Origin: an uncultured Acidimicrobiaceae bacterium
GTDB taxonomy: Bacteria > Actinomycetota > Acidimicrobiia > Acidimicrobiales > RAAP-2
Direction of reading: 5' to 3'
DNA length: 64,000 nt
NCBI GenBank assembly: GCA_963836605.1
Contig: CAWIKB010000008.1
Span: 135,233-199,232 of the forward strand
The notes beneath the pieces were generated by a model. That model made no database searches, had not been told where the DNA came from, and saw only the letters and a program-made list of their open reading frames with translations. The translations under genes and the position numbers were made by a program. Positions 35,163 through 46,234 of the stretch are shown one piece after another. Position 1 is the stretch's first letter, and every line of letters starts with the position of its first letter.

Positions 35163-36056
35163 ATGAAGATCCGAATCGGTATCAGCGCCGGCGGCGCTGA
35201 TCTTGGCCCCGACCAGATGGCGGGGCTCGGTCGGGCCGTCGCCGATTGCGGGTTCGACTCGCTCTGGTTGCCCGAGGTGCTGTCCCGCCCGGGTCCGGAC
35301 CCCTTGGTCGGACTGGCCTGGACGTCCGGTGCCTGCCCCGCTCTGAAGATCGGCACCACCATGCTGCTGCCGGGTCGCAACCTGGTGTGGTTGGCCAAGG
35401 CGGTGGCCACGCTCGACGTCCTCTCGGGTGGCCGTTTCCTGCTCACCTTCGTGCCCGGGCTGTCCATCGGTGGTGAACGAAGCGCCATCGGGATCCCCAC
35501 GGCCGAGCGGGGCACCCTGATGGACGACGCGCTTCCGGTGCTCCGCCGGCTGTGGGCCGGTGAACCGGTCACCCACGTCGGCCCGTCGGCAACGTTGCGC
35601 GACGTGACCGTCTCACCCCGTCCCGCGCAGGACCCCTTCGACGTGTGGCTGGGAGGGAACGCTCCGCCGGCGCTGGAGCGGTGCGGCCGCCTTGGTGACG
35701 GCTGGATCCCCGCCCTGTGCACCGTGGAGGATGCGGCGTCCGGCAAGAACGTCATCGACCAGGTGGCGGCGGAGCACGGGCGGACCATCAGCCCCGAGCA
35801 CTTCGGCGTCAGCATCGCCTACGCCCCGCCCGGAACTGATCTGGGCGCCGAACCGATCAGCGCCCTGGCCCGCCGAGCCCGGGGCCGGCCCCTGGACGAG
35901 ATCATCCCGGTGGGGCTCGACGGGCTGCGGTCCCTCATCGAGTCGTTCCTGGCGGCCGGGTTCTCCAAGTTCATCGTCCGGCCGCTCTCGCCGCCATCGG
36001 AGTGGCGAGCTGAACTCGAGCCGTTGGCTGCCGCGGTGGGCGGACTCCAGACATGA
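35163..36056 (+). CDS. LLM-class F420-dependent oxidoreductase
   Basis: MKIRIGISAGG...GFDSLWLPEVL...LDVLSGGRFLLTFVPG...VWLGGNAPPALERCGRLGDGWIP. ATG 35163 with RBS gagaggaga. Confidence 0.82.
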   Translation: MKIRIGISAGGADLGPDQMAGLGRAVADCGFDSLWLPEVLSRPGPDPLVGLAWTSGACPALKIGTTMLLPGRNLVWLAKAVATLDVLSGGRFLLTFVPGLSIGGERSAIGIPTAERGTLMDDALPVLRRLWAGEPVTHVGPSATLRDVTVSPRPAQDPFDVWLGGNAPPALERCGRLGDGWIPALCTVEDAASGKNVIDQVAAEHGRTISPEHFGVSIAYAPPGTDLGAEPISALARRARGRPLDEIIPVGLDGLRSLIESFLAAGFSKFIVRPLSPPSEWRAELEPLAAAVGGLQT

Positions 36057-36622
36057 CGTCCTTGAGTACGGACCGGCGTGCCGTGGTGCTGGCCTTCCTG
36101 CGGCGTCAGCGCGCGGACACGACGCCCCACCTCTTCGGTGATCTGCTCACGCACCTGTGCGGGGTGGAGGACCTCGTGCGCACCTGGGGCGGCGGCGACC
36201 TCCTGGCCCTGGCCGCCCTGGGCCACGCCACCTACGGCACCGACGGCTTCGAGCCCAACCTCCTCGAGCTGCCGGATCGACCGGTGCTCGCCGCCGCCGT
36301 TGGGGCCGATGCCGAGGCGCTGGTCTATTTCTATGCCTCCTGTGACCGCCATGACTTCTACCCCCAGATCGAGTCACCCCAGACCACGCCGGCCGATCTG
36401 CGGTTCCGTGATCGCTTCAGCGGCGCCGTGTTCGCGCCGAGCACCGACCAGGTGCGGTCCTTTCTCGACCTGACCTACGCCAACGAAGCGGAGTTGGCCG
36501 CGGCTTCTCCGGGTGGAGCGGCCGAGTGGACCTGGTTGGCCGACTTCTGCGTCCGAACCCGGCGGTGGGCCAGCCCGCGGTTCTTCACGGGAGCCGCCGA
36601 GCTCTTGGGCATCGGGCCGTGA
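36053..36622 (+). CDS. hypothetical protein
   Basis: 189-aa ORF with coding-like composition, coupled to the LLM gene by an ATGA overlap. No motif was recognised. Confidence 0.55.
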   Translation: MTSLSTDRRAVVLAFLRRQRADTTPHLFGDLLTHLCGVEDLVRTWGGGDLLALAALGHATYGTDGFEPNLLELPDRPVLAAAVGADAEALVYFYASCDRHDFYPQIESPQTTPADLRFRDRFSGAVFAPSTDQVRSFLDLTYANEAELAAASPGGAAEWTWLADFCVRTRRWASPRFFTGAAELLGIGP

Positions 36623-36623
36623 C

Positions 36624-36680
36624 CGGGTCCTGACGGGGCCCTTACGGGTCCTGACGGGGCCCTGACGGGGCCCTGATCGG
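36624..36680. repeat. short tandem repeat (CCTGACGGGGC-type, 3-4 copies) downstream of the hypothetical gene
   Basis: Read directly: gggtcctgacggggccc ttac gggtcctgacggggccctgacggggccctgatcgg. Confidence 0.85.
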
Positions 36681-36711
36681 ACGAGACGGCTTCTCCCTTA
36701 CGCTTGCTCGA

Positions 36712-37542
36712 ATGACGGATCGACCCCTGACGATCATGGCAGTCCACGCCCATCCGGACGACGAGGCCACCGGCACCGGAGGGATCCTGGCTCGCTATTC
36801 CGACGAAGGAGTGCGGACCGTGCTGGTCACCTGCACCAACGGCGAACTGGGGGACGGGCCGGGCGGGGTCACGCCGGAGGACCCGGCCCACGACGAGGCG
36901 GCGCTGGTGCCGCTTCGTCGTGCGGAGCTTGAGGACAGTTGCCGGATCCTCGGCGTCTCGGATCTCGAACTCCTGGGCTACCACGACTCGGGCATGGAGG
37001 GGTGGCCCCAGAATGAGGCGCCCGGATCGTTCTGGCAGACACCGGTGCCCGAGGCCGGCCACCGCCTGGCCGACCTCATGCGTCACTACCAGCCCCAGGT
37101 GGTGGTCACCTATGACGAGAACGGCTTCTACGGCCACCCTGATCACATCCAGGCCAATCGCATCACGCACGCGGCAATCGCGGAGTGTGGGATCCCCGAC
37201 AAGCTGTACTACACCGCCATCCCCCGTTCGATGCTCCGCAGTTTCGCCGAGACGCTGGCCGCCGCCGGGATCGACAGCCCGATCTCGGTGGAGGAGAACC
37301 CCGAGTTCGGCACGCCCGACGAGCTCATCACGACCGGCATCGACTGCTCGGCGGTGGTCCGGCGCAAGTACGCCTCGCTGGCGGCGCACGCCAGCCAGAG
37401 CGACAACATCTTCTTCCTGGAGATGGGGGAGGAGCTCTTCGGCACCGTGATGGGTCAGGAGCGGTTCGTCCGGGTCCTCGACACCACGGGCTCCCCCACG
37501 CCCGAGGACGACCTCTTCGCCGGCCTCCGCCGGGCGAACTGA
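36712..37542 (+). CDS. PIG-L/LmbE family deacetylase (MshB/Mca-like)
   Basis: MAVHAHPDDEATGTGG (AHPDDE zinc motif), VTCTNGELG and YGHPDHIQANRITHAA are LmbE-family hallmarks. Confidence 0.85.
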   Translation: MTDRPLTIMAVHAHPDDEATGTGGILARYSDEGVRTVLVTCTNGELGDGPGGVTPEDPAHDEAALVPLRRAELEDSCRILGVSDLELLGYHDSGMEGWPQNEAPGSFWQTPVPEAGHRLADLMRHYQPQVVVTYDENGFYGHPDHIQANRITHAAIAECGIPDKLYYTAIPRSMLRSFAETLAAAGIDSPISVEENPEFGTPDELITTGIDCSAVVRRKYASLAAHASQSDNIFFLEMGEELFGTVMGQERFVRVLDTTGSPTPEDDLFAGLRRAN

Positions 37543-37673
37543 GCCGGGCCGGCGCCTCTGCTGGGAGAAGAAGACGCAGACCCGGCTCGTCATTGTGTAC
37601 GGAGTTCGGGGCCGGAGGGATTGGCCGCAGTCCCCGTGGAATCCCTCGGGCCACGCCGCCCGTAGTACCTCGG

Positions 37674-38264
37674 ATGGCAGAATTGACCGTGACCGAGAGC
37701 GGGGTGTCCGACGAAGCACTGCTGGCCGGCATGGCGGTGGGGGACCAGAGTGCCACCGTCACCTTCGTGCGGCGCTACCAGCGTCGGGTGTTCGGGCTGG
37801 CCCACGCCATGACCGGGGACAGCAGCGTGGCCGAGGAGGTGGCCCAGGAAGCCCTGATCCGGGTGTGGCGCCACGCGCCGGTGTTCGATCCGCGCCGGGG
37901 CTCGGTCACCTCGTGGGTGCTGACCATCACCCGGAACCTGACCATTGACGCCTTGCGTCTGCGCCGGGCCGTGCCCACCGACCCGGATGACTTCGCCGCC
38001 ACGGCGATGGTGAGCCTGGAACACAACCCAGAAGATGCCGTGCTCCGGGGTGACGTGCGTCATCTGGTGCGCCACGCCCTCTCCGAACTGCCCCCCGAAC
38101 AACGGAGGGCCGTCGTCCTGGCCTCGGTCTACGGTCGGACGGCTCTCGAGATCAGCCAGGAAGAGGGCATCCCGCTCGGGACGGCCAAGACCCGTATCCG
38201 GACCGGCCTGCTCCGGCTGCGCGCCACGGTGGAACACGCCCGTGGGTCGGAGGAGGAGCGATGA
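37674..38264 (+). CDS. ECF sigma factor (sigma-70 family)
   Basis: Sigma-2 region FVRRYQRRVFGLAHAMTGDSSVAEEVAQEALIRVWRHAPVFDPRRGSVTSWVLTITRNLTIDALR. Sigma-4 region LPPEQRRAVVLASVYGRTALEISQEEGIPLGTAKTRIRTGLLRLR. Confidence 0.88.
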   Translation: MAELTVTESGVSDEALLAGMAVGDQSATVTFVRRYQRRVFGLAHAMTGDSSVAEEVAQEALIRVWRHAPVFDPRRGSVTSWVLTITRNLTIDALRLRRAVPTDPDDFAATAMVSLEHNPEDAVLRGDVRHLVRHALSELPPEQRRAVVLASVYGRTALEISQEEGIPLGTAKTRIRTGLLRLRATVEHARGSEEER

Positions 38265-38983
38265 GCATCGACCGAACCGACTCGTGCGCAGAGATCTCGG
38301 CCGTCCTCCCCGAGTTGGCCCTGGGCGTCCTGACCGGACGCGACCGGGCCGCCGCCCTGGCCCACATCGAATCGTGCTCGCGCTGTGCCGACGAGCTGGA
38401 GCAGCTGGCCCGGGCCGCCGACGCCGTCGTGCGGGTGGCTCCCGAGCTCGAACCTCCGGTGGGGTTCGAGGGGCGCCTGTTCAGCCGCATGGGGGTCACC
38501 GGAGACGCGGCCCCGGCCCTAGCCCCGACGCCGGTCCCGTCCCCGAACAGGCGCTTCCGGACCCGACCCCGCACGTGGATCCTGGCGAGTGCCGCCGCGG
38601 TGGTGGCGCTGATCGTCGGCCTCGGCCTCGGCTGGTCCGCATCGACCCCGTCGACCAACCGGACCCAGGCGACGGGCCAGCACGCGGCCAACGCGACGGT
38701 ATCGGCCGCCCTGAGGGAAGGCGGGCGACCGGTGGGGCGCGTCTCCATCTCGGGTGGCTCGAGCCCATGGATGAACATGACCCTGGACGACGCCTCGGTC
38801 GAGGGCGCGGTGACCTGCCGAGTGGTGACCGGCGATGGAGTGACGCACGTGGTGGGCACGTTCACCGTCAAGCAGGGTTACGGCGCCTGGGGCGCACCGC
38901 TTCCCGTGTCGTCCCGGGACGTCCGCCGGGCCCTGGTGGTGTCAGCCAGGGGGACGGTGATCGCCACCGCCGCCCTGGGCTGA
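38261..38983 (+). CDS. zinc-binding anti-sigma factor (ZAS-like), single-pass membrane protein
   Basis: ATGA overlap with the sigma gene. H-x3-C-x2-C motif (AHIESCSRCADEL). TM helix WILASAAAVVALIVGLGLGW followed by an extracytoplasmic domain. Confidence 0.82.
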   Translation: MSIDRTDSCAEISAVLPELALGVLTGRDRAAALAHIESCSRCADELEQLARAADAVVRVAPELEPPVGFEGRLFSRMGVTGDAAPALAPTPVPSPNRRFRTRPRTWILASAAAVVALIVGLGLGWSASTPSTNRTQATGQHAANATVSAALREGGRPVGRVSISGGSSPWMNMTLDDASVEGAVTCRVVTGDGVTHVVGTFTVKQGYGAWGAPLPVSSRDVRRALVVSARGTVIATAALG

Positions 38984-38995
38984 CACCGCTTCCGC

Positions 38996-40552
<1,557 letters not shown>

Positions 40553-40718
40553 CTACCCACGACCAGGATACGCCCTCGGGGCGGTCGGGGTGAAACCGGG
40601 CGTGATCCGCTCAGCTGGGAAGGTGCTCGAGTCAACACCGACCGGCGCCGACGGGCCACGACGGATACCTTCTTGGCCAGGCGACGACGGCGAAGGACTG
40701 GTCCTAGTCTTGCGAACC

Positions 40719-42165
40719 ATGTCGGCCAAGGGGCGTCCCATCGCGTCGAAACGAATTCTGCTGAGGGCAACCATCTTGGGCTGCGTGGCCATAGTGCTCT
40801 TGGGCTACGGATCCACTTCCTCGGCGAGCTCGTCGAGGAGCACATCCGCGGCGGCGCGGCGCGTCACATGGATGCGGGGTTACGCCGCACCGGGCACTCC
40901 AGCCAGGTACGACAAGGTGGGGATCATAAAGGTCGGGCCGAGCGGTGCGAAGAACGTGCTCGTCCTCGAGCCTGGTACCTCGGCCGCCGCCGCCTACTTC
41001 GTTCCTCTGGCCCAGTGGATCGTCTCGAAGGCCGGTAACTGGCAGGTCTGGTCGGTCGAGCGACGGGAGAACCTGCTCGAGGACCAGTCGGAGCTGAATC
41101 TGTACAAGGAGCACAAGGCTACGACGACGCAGCTCTTCGACTACTACCTCGGCTACCTCAAGGATCCGAGCATCACCCATCACTATCATCCCGTCGCGAA
41201 CACGAGCGTCGGATTCGCCAAGCAGTGGGGATTGAACGTCGCCGTCCAGGACCTCCACATCGTGATCAGTGCCGCCAAGAAGCTGGGCGGAAAGGTGGTG
41301 CTCGGTGGCCACTCGCTCGGCGGGTCGGTGGTCACGGCCTACGCCACCTGGGACTTCGGCGGCCATGCCGGAGCCGACCAACTGGCGGGCTTGGTCTACA
41401 TCGACGGAGGGAGCACCCCCCCGGTGAGCGCCCAGGCGGCGACGCAGACACTGACGGCACTCGAAGCACCCAGCGCGAGCCCCTGGCTGGAATTCGGCGG
41501 TATTGCGGCACCGTACGCCGGATTGTTCGAGGCGTCGGGAGCTGCATCTGCACTGTTGGACCCGAATGGGACTTCGCTGGGTCAGACCTCGGGACTCCTG
41601 CCCTCAGACATCGTTCCTTCGGTACGGGTGACCAACGTGGGCCAGTACGGCTACGCGCTCGAACGCGTCGACTTCACCCTCGAACCTGCTGGCGGCCCAG
41701 GCGCACCTCGGTCGGGGCGTGGCCGCAAAGGGCCCGGTCCACGGCTGGAACGGGTCTGGGGCTCTCACGCCGATCAACCGCTTCGCGACCATGTTCTCGG
41801 GTGCGGGGATTCACAACAGCAACGGCACCGAGTGGTACTTCCCCCAACGTTTGACGGACGACACCGGCGCCGTTGACAACGGGAACGCCAATCCGGCCCA
41901 GAGCGTGCTCGACGTCGATGCCACCATGGGTCACAGCCTCCCGAAGAACCTACTGATCTACGCGTTTGGGGCACGACTCGGCGGTGCAGGCGTGCCCGAG
42001 GACGCGCAGACTTTGGCCCAACAGTCGGGCATACCCAAGAGCAACCTCACCCTGGCGAACTACCAGAGCACCTACTCTCACAATGACCCGGCTGGCGCGT
42101 ATCCCGACAACGCGTTCTTCCAGCGACTCGTACCCTTCCTGGGCAAGGTCGGCGGCAAGGGATAG
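40719..42165 (+). pseudogene. secreted alpha/beta hydrolase (lipase/esterase-like, GHSLGG nucleophile elbow), frame broken once near 41655-41668
   Basis: The N-terminal part has a signal/TM segment and VVLGGHSLGGSVV. After ...NVGQYGYAL the sensible continuation (NASTSPSNLLAAQAHLGRGVAAKGPVHGWNGSG...YSHNDPAGA) is in the frame of ORF 41719-42165. The span is 1447 nt (3n+1). Confidence 0.78.
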
Positions 42166-42283
42166 CCATCTGATCAGCACCGCTTCGGGCACAGAGCGAA
42201 TAGCCCACGGCCGTTCGGCGTGGTCAGGTGGCATGGCCTGTCCTATCCTGCGTTTCGGTTGAGAACGCGGAAGGAGCGGGCTC

Positions 42284-42688
42284 GTGTCCCGCGATCCTCC
42301 ACCAACGTTGCCGGTGTACCAGGTCGTGGTGGACTACGACTACCTGGGCACCCCCGGCTCGATGACCGTCAACTACGCGTCGGAGGGTACCTCCGCGTGG
42401 GTGTCGATGCCGCCCCAGAGCCTTTGGCCCTGGGTGGTCGTCACCCAGGAGCGGTGGATCAGTGCCCCCGGCCGGACAGTGGCCGGGTTCGAAGGCCGTT
42501 TGACACCCGTGCCTGTCCCCACTGTGCCACCCACTTCGCACAGGGTGGCGAGCGCAACGGCGTCCCACGACTCCTCCTCGACTTCGTCCGCACTCGTGAT
42601 CGTTGGACTGGTGGTGCTCGTGGCCGTGATCGCAGGGTTCGGCCTCCTGCTCATCCGCCGACGCCGCGCCCACGCCACCGAGAGCTGA
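42284..42688 (+). CDS. hypothetical protein with C-terminal transmembrane anchor
   Basis: GTG start after RBS ggaaggagcgg. High GC3. C-terminal S-rich linker, TM helix (LVIVGLVVLVAVIAGFGLLLI) and an RRRR stop-transfer. No family was recognised. Confidence 0.55.
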   Translation: MSRDPPPTLPVYQVVVDYDYLGTPGSMTVNYASEGTSAWVSMPPQSLWPWVVVTQERWISAPGRTVAGFEGRLTPVPVPTVPPTSHRVASATASHDSSSTSSALVIVGLVVLVAVIAGFGLLLIRRRRAHATES

Positions 42689-42802
42689 CCCGATTGCCGG
42701 TCTTGGTCGGCGGATGAGCGCGAGCCTGATGTGCGTTTCCGCTGTACGCTTTGGCCGCAGGCAGCCGCGGAGCGAGGATCTCCGGGCTCTTTTCTATCCA
42801 CC

Positions 42803-42877
42803 GCCCCCGTAGCTCAGGGGATAGAGCATTGGTTTCCTAAACCATGTGCGAAGGTTCGAATCCTTCCGGGGGCGCCA
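42803..42877 (+). tRNA. tRNA-Arg (anticodon CCT), CCA encoded
   Basis: Manual cloverleaf: acceptor GCCCCCG/CGGGGGC, D-arm GCTC-AGGGGATA-GAGC, anticodon arm TTGGT-TTCCTAA-ACCAT (one T-T mismatch at 27:43). Short variable loop GTGC, T-arm GAAGG-TTCGAAT-CCTTC, discriminator G, CCA. Confidence 0.85.
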
Positions 42878-42920
42878 CTTCCGGGGGCGCCTTCTTCCGG
42901 GGGCGCCTTCCGGGGACGCC
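42878..42920 (+). repeat. three tandem partial copies of the tRNA-Arg 3' end
   Basis: cttccgggggcgcc (42878-42891), ttcttccgggggcgcc (42892-42907) and ttccggggacgcc (42908-42920) repeat the tRNA T-stem/acceptor 3' segment ccttccgggggcgcca (42862-42877). Confidence 0.9.
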
Positions 42921-42970
42921 AAGCCACCCGGTGCGCGAAGCTTCAGGGGTTGGCCACCGTGGAGGCAGCC

Positions 42971-43627
42971 ATGTCCCAGGTCCGTGTCCACAACTTCTCG
43001 ATCTCCCTGGACGGGTTCGGGACCGGCGATGGCATCACGTTCGACGCCCCGTTCGGGCACGCCGGCCATCGCCTGCACGAGTGGTATTTCGCCACCCACT
43101 TCTGGCACACGATGGTCGGCGATGCCGGTGGCACCGTCGGTGTCGACCATTCGTTCGCCGAACGGATTGAACTCGGGTTCGGCGCGGAGATCATGGGCCG
43201 GGGCAAGTTCGGGCCGCAGACCGGCCCGTGGACCGATGTTGGCACCGACGACGAGTGGCGGGGCTGGTGGGGGCCGAACCCGCCGTTCCACACGCCGGTG
43301 TTCGTGCTGACGCACCACGCGCGCCCGCCGATCGAGATGGAAGGGGGCACCACGTTCCACTTCGTCGACGCCAGCCCCCAGGAGGCGCTCGATCTCGCCC
43401 GGGAAGCGGCCGGTGACCTCGACGTGCGCATCGGCGGTGGCCCAACCGTCGTCCGCGAATTCCTCGCCGCCGACCTCATCGACGTGCTGCACGTCGTGCA
43501 GGTACCGATCCTGCTCGGCCGCGGCGTTCGCCTGTGGGACGGCATCGAAGGTATCGAGGAGCGCGACGACGTCGAGGCGGTCTCGTCACCCAGCGGCGTC
43601 ACCCACCTGACCTTCACCCGTCGCTAA
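42971..43627 (+). CDS. dihydrofolate reductase family protein (RibD C-terminal domain-like)
   Basis: MSQVRVHNFSISLDGFGTG...MGRGKFG...PVFVLTHHARPP...DVRIGGGPTVVREFLAADLIDVLHVVQVPILLGRGVRLWD. RBS ggagg. Confidence 0.8.
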   Translation: MSQVRVHNFSISLDGFGTGDGITFDAPFGHAGHRLHEWYFATHFWHTMVGDAGGTVGVDHSFAERIELGFGAEIMGRGKFGPQTGPWTDVGTDDEWRGWWGPNPPFHTPVFVLTHHARPPIEMEGGTTFHFVDASPQEALDLAREAAGDLDVRIGGGPTVVREFLAADLIDVLHVVQVPILLGRGVRLWDGIEGIEERDDVEAVSSPSGVTHLTFTRR

Positions 43628-43748
43628 CCGAGCCTGCGGATATGCGGCGAGGTCGTCGCCCATCGGCGGCCACTGGCCAACGCCGAAGTCCACCAGCGAT
43701 TGCGGTCTCAGGCGGCCTAGGCTTGGCGACGAGGAGAGGAGGTGGGGC

Positions 43749-44051
43749 ATGGACCCGAAGTTCGAGGAGGGGTGGTTCACGGATCCCTATGGGAGCCACG
43801 ACGCACGGTGGCTGTCCGAGGGAACGGCCACGGCCCTGGTGCGCGACGCCGGGGTCGAGGGCCACGACCCACCGCCCGACGAGCCGCCGCGATTCGAGCC
43901 TCAACCCATAGAGGTGGGTACCGACGTGTCGGCAGACGTGGAGATGCGCCGGGCCGATGACTGGAAGGGCGATCGGGACTCAGAGGCGTCGCGGATCTTC
44001 GACGTGGAGGCGGCAAATATCGCCTCCCTCAACCTGCCGCCGGGCGGCTGA
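43749..44051 (+). CDS. DUF2510-like small protein
   Basis: The N-terminal GWFTDPYGSHDARWLSEGTAT matches the GWYxDPxG...RWWDG motif of DUF2510. Strong RBS aggagaggagg. Confidence 0.6.
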   Translation: MDPKFEEGWFTDPYGSHDARWLSEGTATALVRDAGVEGHDPPPDEPPRFEPQPIEVGTDVSADVEMRRADDWKGDRDSEASRIFDVEAANIASLNLPPGG

Positions 44052-44165
44052 ACCCTCGGGCAGAAGTGCGATCCGCCCAGCCGGGCTGAATATCGCAGGC
44101 ACCCCGCATCGTCAGGTCCCGGACCGTCGTCGGGGTGAGGAGGTTCCCTCCTATCGTGTGCCCCA

Positions 44166-44627
44166 ATGCCACGTCGGCCCGTCATCGCCTACCGGCGCGA
44201 GTACGCATTCGCCCTGACTCCCGACGAGCTGTGGGATGCCATTGCGCACGTCGACGAGTTCGAATCGTGGTGGCCGTGGCTCGAAGAATTCCGCCTCGAG
44301 GGAGACACCCTGGCGGAGGGGTCTGTGCTGCACGGAGTGATCGCCCCTCCACTGCCCTATCGGATGCGCGTCCGGGTCGAGTTGACCCGGTGTGAGCGGC
44401 CCGTCGCCATTGACGCCGATGTGCACGGCGATCTCGAGGGCCGGGCGAGTCTTGAGATGGGCCCCCTCGACGGCGGCACACGAGTCGGGGTGGCCTGGAC
44501 GGTTGAGATGATGCAGCGCCCCATGCGGCTGGCCAGTCGCCTGGGTCATCCCCTCCTGCAATGGGGCCACGACCGCGTCGTAGAGGCCACGGTCGCGGGC
44601 TTTCGCCGACGGGTCGAGTCGGCCTAG
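44166..44627 (+). CDS. SRPBCC superfamily protein (polyketide cyclase/dehydrase-like)
   Basis: ~150 aa with the pattern ...LTPDELWDAIAHVDEFESWWPWL...G.V..PLPYRMRVRVEL...LEGRASLEM...GTRV..., typical of START/Bet v1-like SRPBCC proteins. Confidence 0.65.
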   Translation: MPRRPVIAYRREYAFALTPDELWDAIAHVDEFESWWPWLEEFRLEGDTLAEGSVLHGVIAPPLPYRMRVRVELTRCERPVAIDADVHGDLEGRASLEMGPLDGGTRVGVAWTVEMMQRPMRLASRLGHPLLQWGHDRVVEATVAGFRRRVESA

Positions 44628-45439
44628 CCCAGGCGCTCGACGGCTATCGATGCCGCCAGGAGCACGAGGCCCCACGACATGGCCCGCAGCGCCTGTTCGA
44701 GGGGAGCCAGGAGAGTTCGGTCGCCGAGGGGAATGGCCCGACCGTCCTCCAGGGTGACGTGGCCCTCCACCTCGGTGGCTCGGCGACGGATGATCCGGGC
44801 CGGGGTGCTCAATCGACGTTGCGCGGCTGACAACGCAAAGGCTGCGGCCGCGGCGAGTACCGGGCTCAGGGCCAGACGCCCCGTCTGGGCCACGTAGGCC
44901 ACAAGTACCGGGAAGGAGCCCCAGGCCAGCGCGAACCCGACATCGGTGTGGATCACCCCTCCGAACAACTCCAAGTTGTAGGCGACGACGAGGAACGGGC
45001 CCAGCACCATGAACGGGATCAGCGCCCATCCGACCTGGATCACACCGGCCACACCGAGGGCAACCGCACCGGCCAGACCCACAGTGGTCAGTGCGACGAG
45101 AGCCGAGGTTGGTATCCGTGTGCCCAGAGGACGCCCATGGAGCTCGTCGAGGGCATGGGCGGCGATCCCGACGGCAAAGAAGAACGCCAGCAACGTGCCG
45201 ATGAGACGGGTCAGATTGACGTGGGGCGCCAGGCACGCGCCGATCACCACATAGGCCAGGTGCCACGCGGTATAGGGAGGGTGCAGCAGGGTCCACCAAT
45301 CCCTCCAGCCGCCAGGGCGGGCGGCGTAGAACGCCGGGCGCCCGGGCGCCCTCGTTTCGGAGTGCGGGGCCGGCAGGGCCGGCGGAGGCGGAACCCCGAT
45401 CTCCGCGCTGGTGACGTCGGGGTCCGGCCCGTCACTCAT
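44624..45439 (-). CDS. polytopic membrane protein (about 7 TM; UbiA-superfamily-like, function unknown)
   Basis: Seven hydrophobic segments. A single acidic motif AAHALDELHGRP follows TM2. The 3' end of the upstream methyltransferase gene overlaps its start by 8 nt. Canonical NDxxDxxxD motifs were not seen. Confidence 0.6.
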   Translation of the reverse strand: MSDGPDPDVTSAEIGVPPPPALPAPHSETRAPGRPAFYAARPGGWRDWWTLLHPPYTAWHLAYVVIGACLAPHVNLTRLIGTLLAFFFAVGIAAHALDELHGRPLGTRIPTSALVALTTVGLAGAVALGVAGVIQVGWALIPFMVLGPFLVVAYNLELFGGVIHTDVGFALAWGSFPVLVAYVAQTGRLALSPVLAAAAAFALSAAQRRLSTPARIIRRRATEVEGHVTLEDGRAIPLGDRTLLAPLEQALRAMSWGLVLLAASIAVERLG

Positions 45440-46166
45440 CGCGGCGATATCCCCACATCACCAGACCACCACCGAGACTCATGACGCGCGTACCGACGTG
45501 CTCGAAACCGGCCTTGCGCCAGGCGTCCTCTGTCCACGACAACGGGTAGCTCCGGTAGTGGGCCGAGATGTTGGGGCCGAGAAACCGTCCCACCCTGAAC
45601 CATTCGCTCCCTCCGGTCACCCAGCCACCGAGCGGGAGGAGCAACCGGGTGTAGAGCCACCACCAGAATCGCCAGAATCCGCTCGGGGGAACGAAGAATT
45701 CAAGGCTGGCGACGGCGCCACCGGGCTTCACGACCCGGGCCAGCTCGACCAGCGTGGCCTGGGGATCATCCACGTAGCGAAGCAGGTAGGTGAAGGTCAG
45801 CGCGTCGAACGTGTCGTCAGGGAACGGCAATTGCTCGGCTCGCCCGGCCACGAGTTCGATCCGCCCGGCCAATCCGGCCGTGGCGATGTTCTCGCGACCG
45901 CGGGCCAGCATGCCCTGAGTCAGATCCACGCCGACGACAGTGGACGACGCGCGCGTCGCCAACTGCAACGCGACACCGGCCGTTCCGGAGGCGACATCGA
46001 GTACCCGCCCCGGTGACTCGGGCACGATCCGGTCGATCATGGCCCGTCGCCAGCGGCGGTTCTGTCCCATGGAGAGAACCTCGGCCAATCGGTCGTAGCG
46101 CTGCGGCAACGATGTGAACAATTGCTGCGCGAATCGGTTCCGATCGCCGGCAATGAACCGCACCAT
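45432..46166 (-). CDS. class I SAM-dependent methyltransferase (UbiE/MenG family)
   Basis: YDRLAEVLSMGQNRRWRRAM... SAM motif I VLDVASGTAGVA, plus LPFPDDTFDALTFTYLLRYVDD and VVKPGGAVASLEF. This resembles demethylmenaquinone/ubiquinone methyltransferases. Confidence 0.8.
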   Translation of the reverse strand: MVRFIAGDRNRFAQQLFTSLPQRYDRLAEVLSMGQNRRWRRAMIDRIVPESPGRVLDVASGTAGVALQLATRASSTVVGVDLTQGMLARGRENIATAGLAGRIELVAGRAEQLPFPDDTFDALTFTYLLRYVDDPQATLVELARVVKPGGAVASLEFFVPPSGFWRFWWWLYTRLLLPLGGWVTGGSEWFRVGRFLGPNISAHYRSYPLSWTEDAWRKAGFEHVGTRVMSLGGGLVMWGYRRDE

Positions 46167-46234
46167 GCTACCTCCCTGGGTGAGAAGATCTCACACTAGA
46201 TCGGTGCCGCGAGAAAGCGCGAGAAAGGAGGAAA

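Noticed and set aside
42878-44160. Possible genomic island or integrated element downstream of tRNA-Arg.
   Set aside because: No integrase, excisionase, transposase or distal att repeat was seen in the window. The downstream genes (DHFR-family, DUF2510, SRPBCC) have ordinary composition by eye. Only the stacked att-like repeats are reported.
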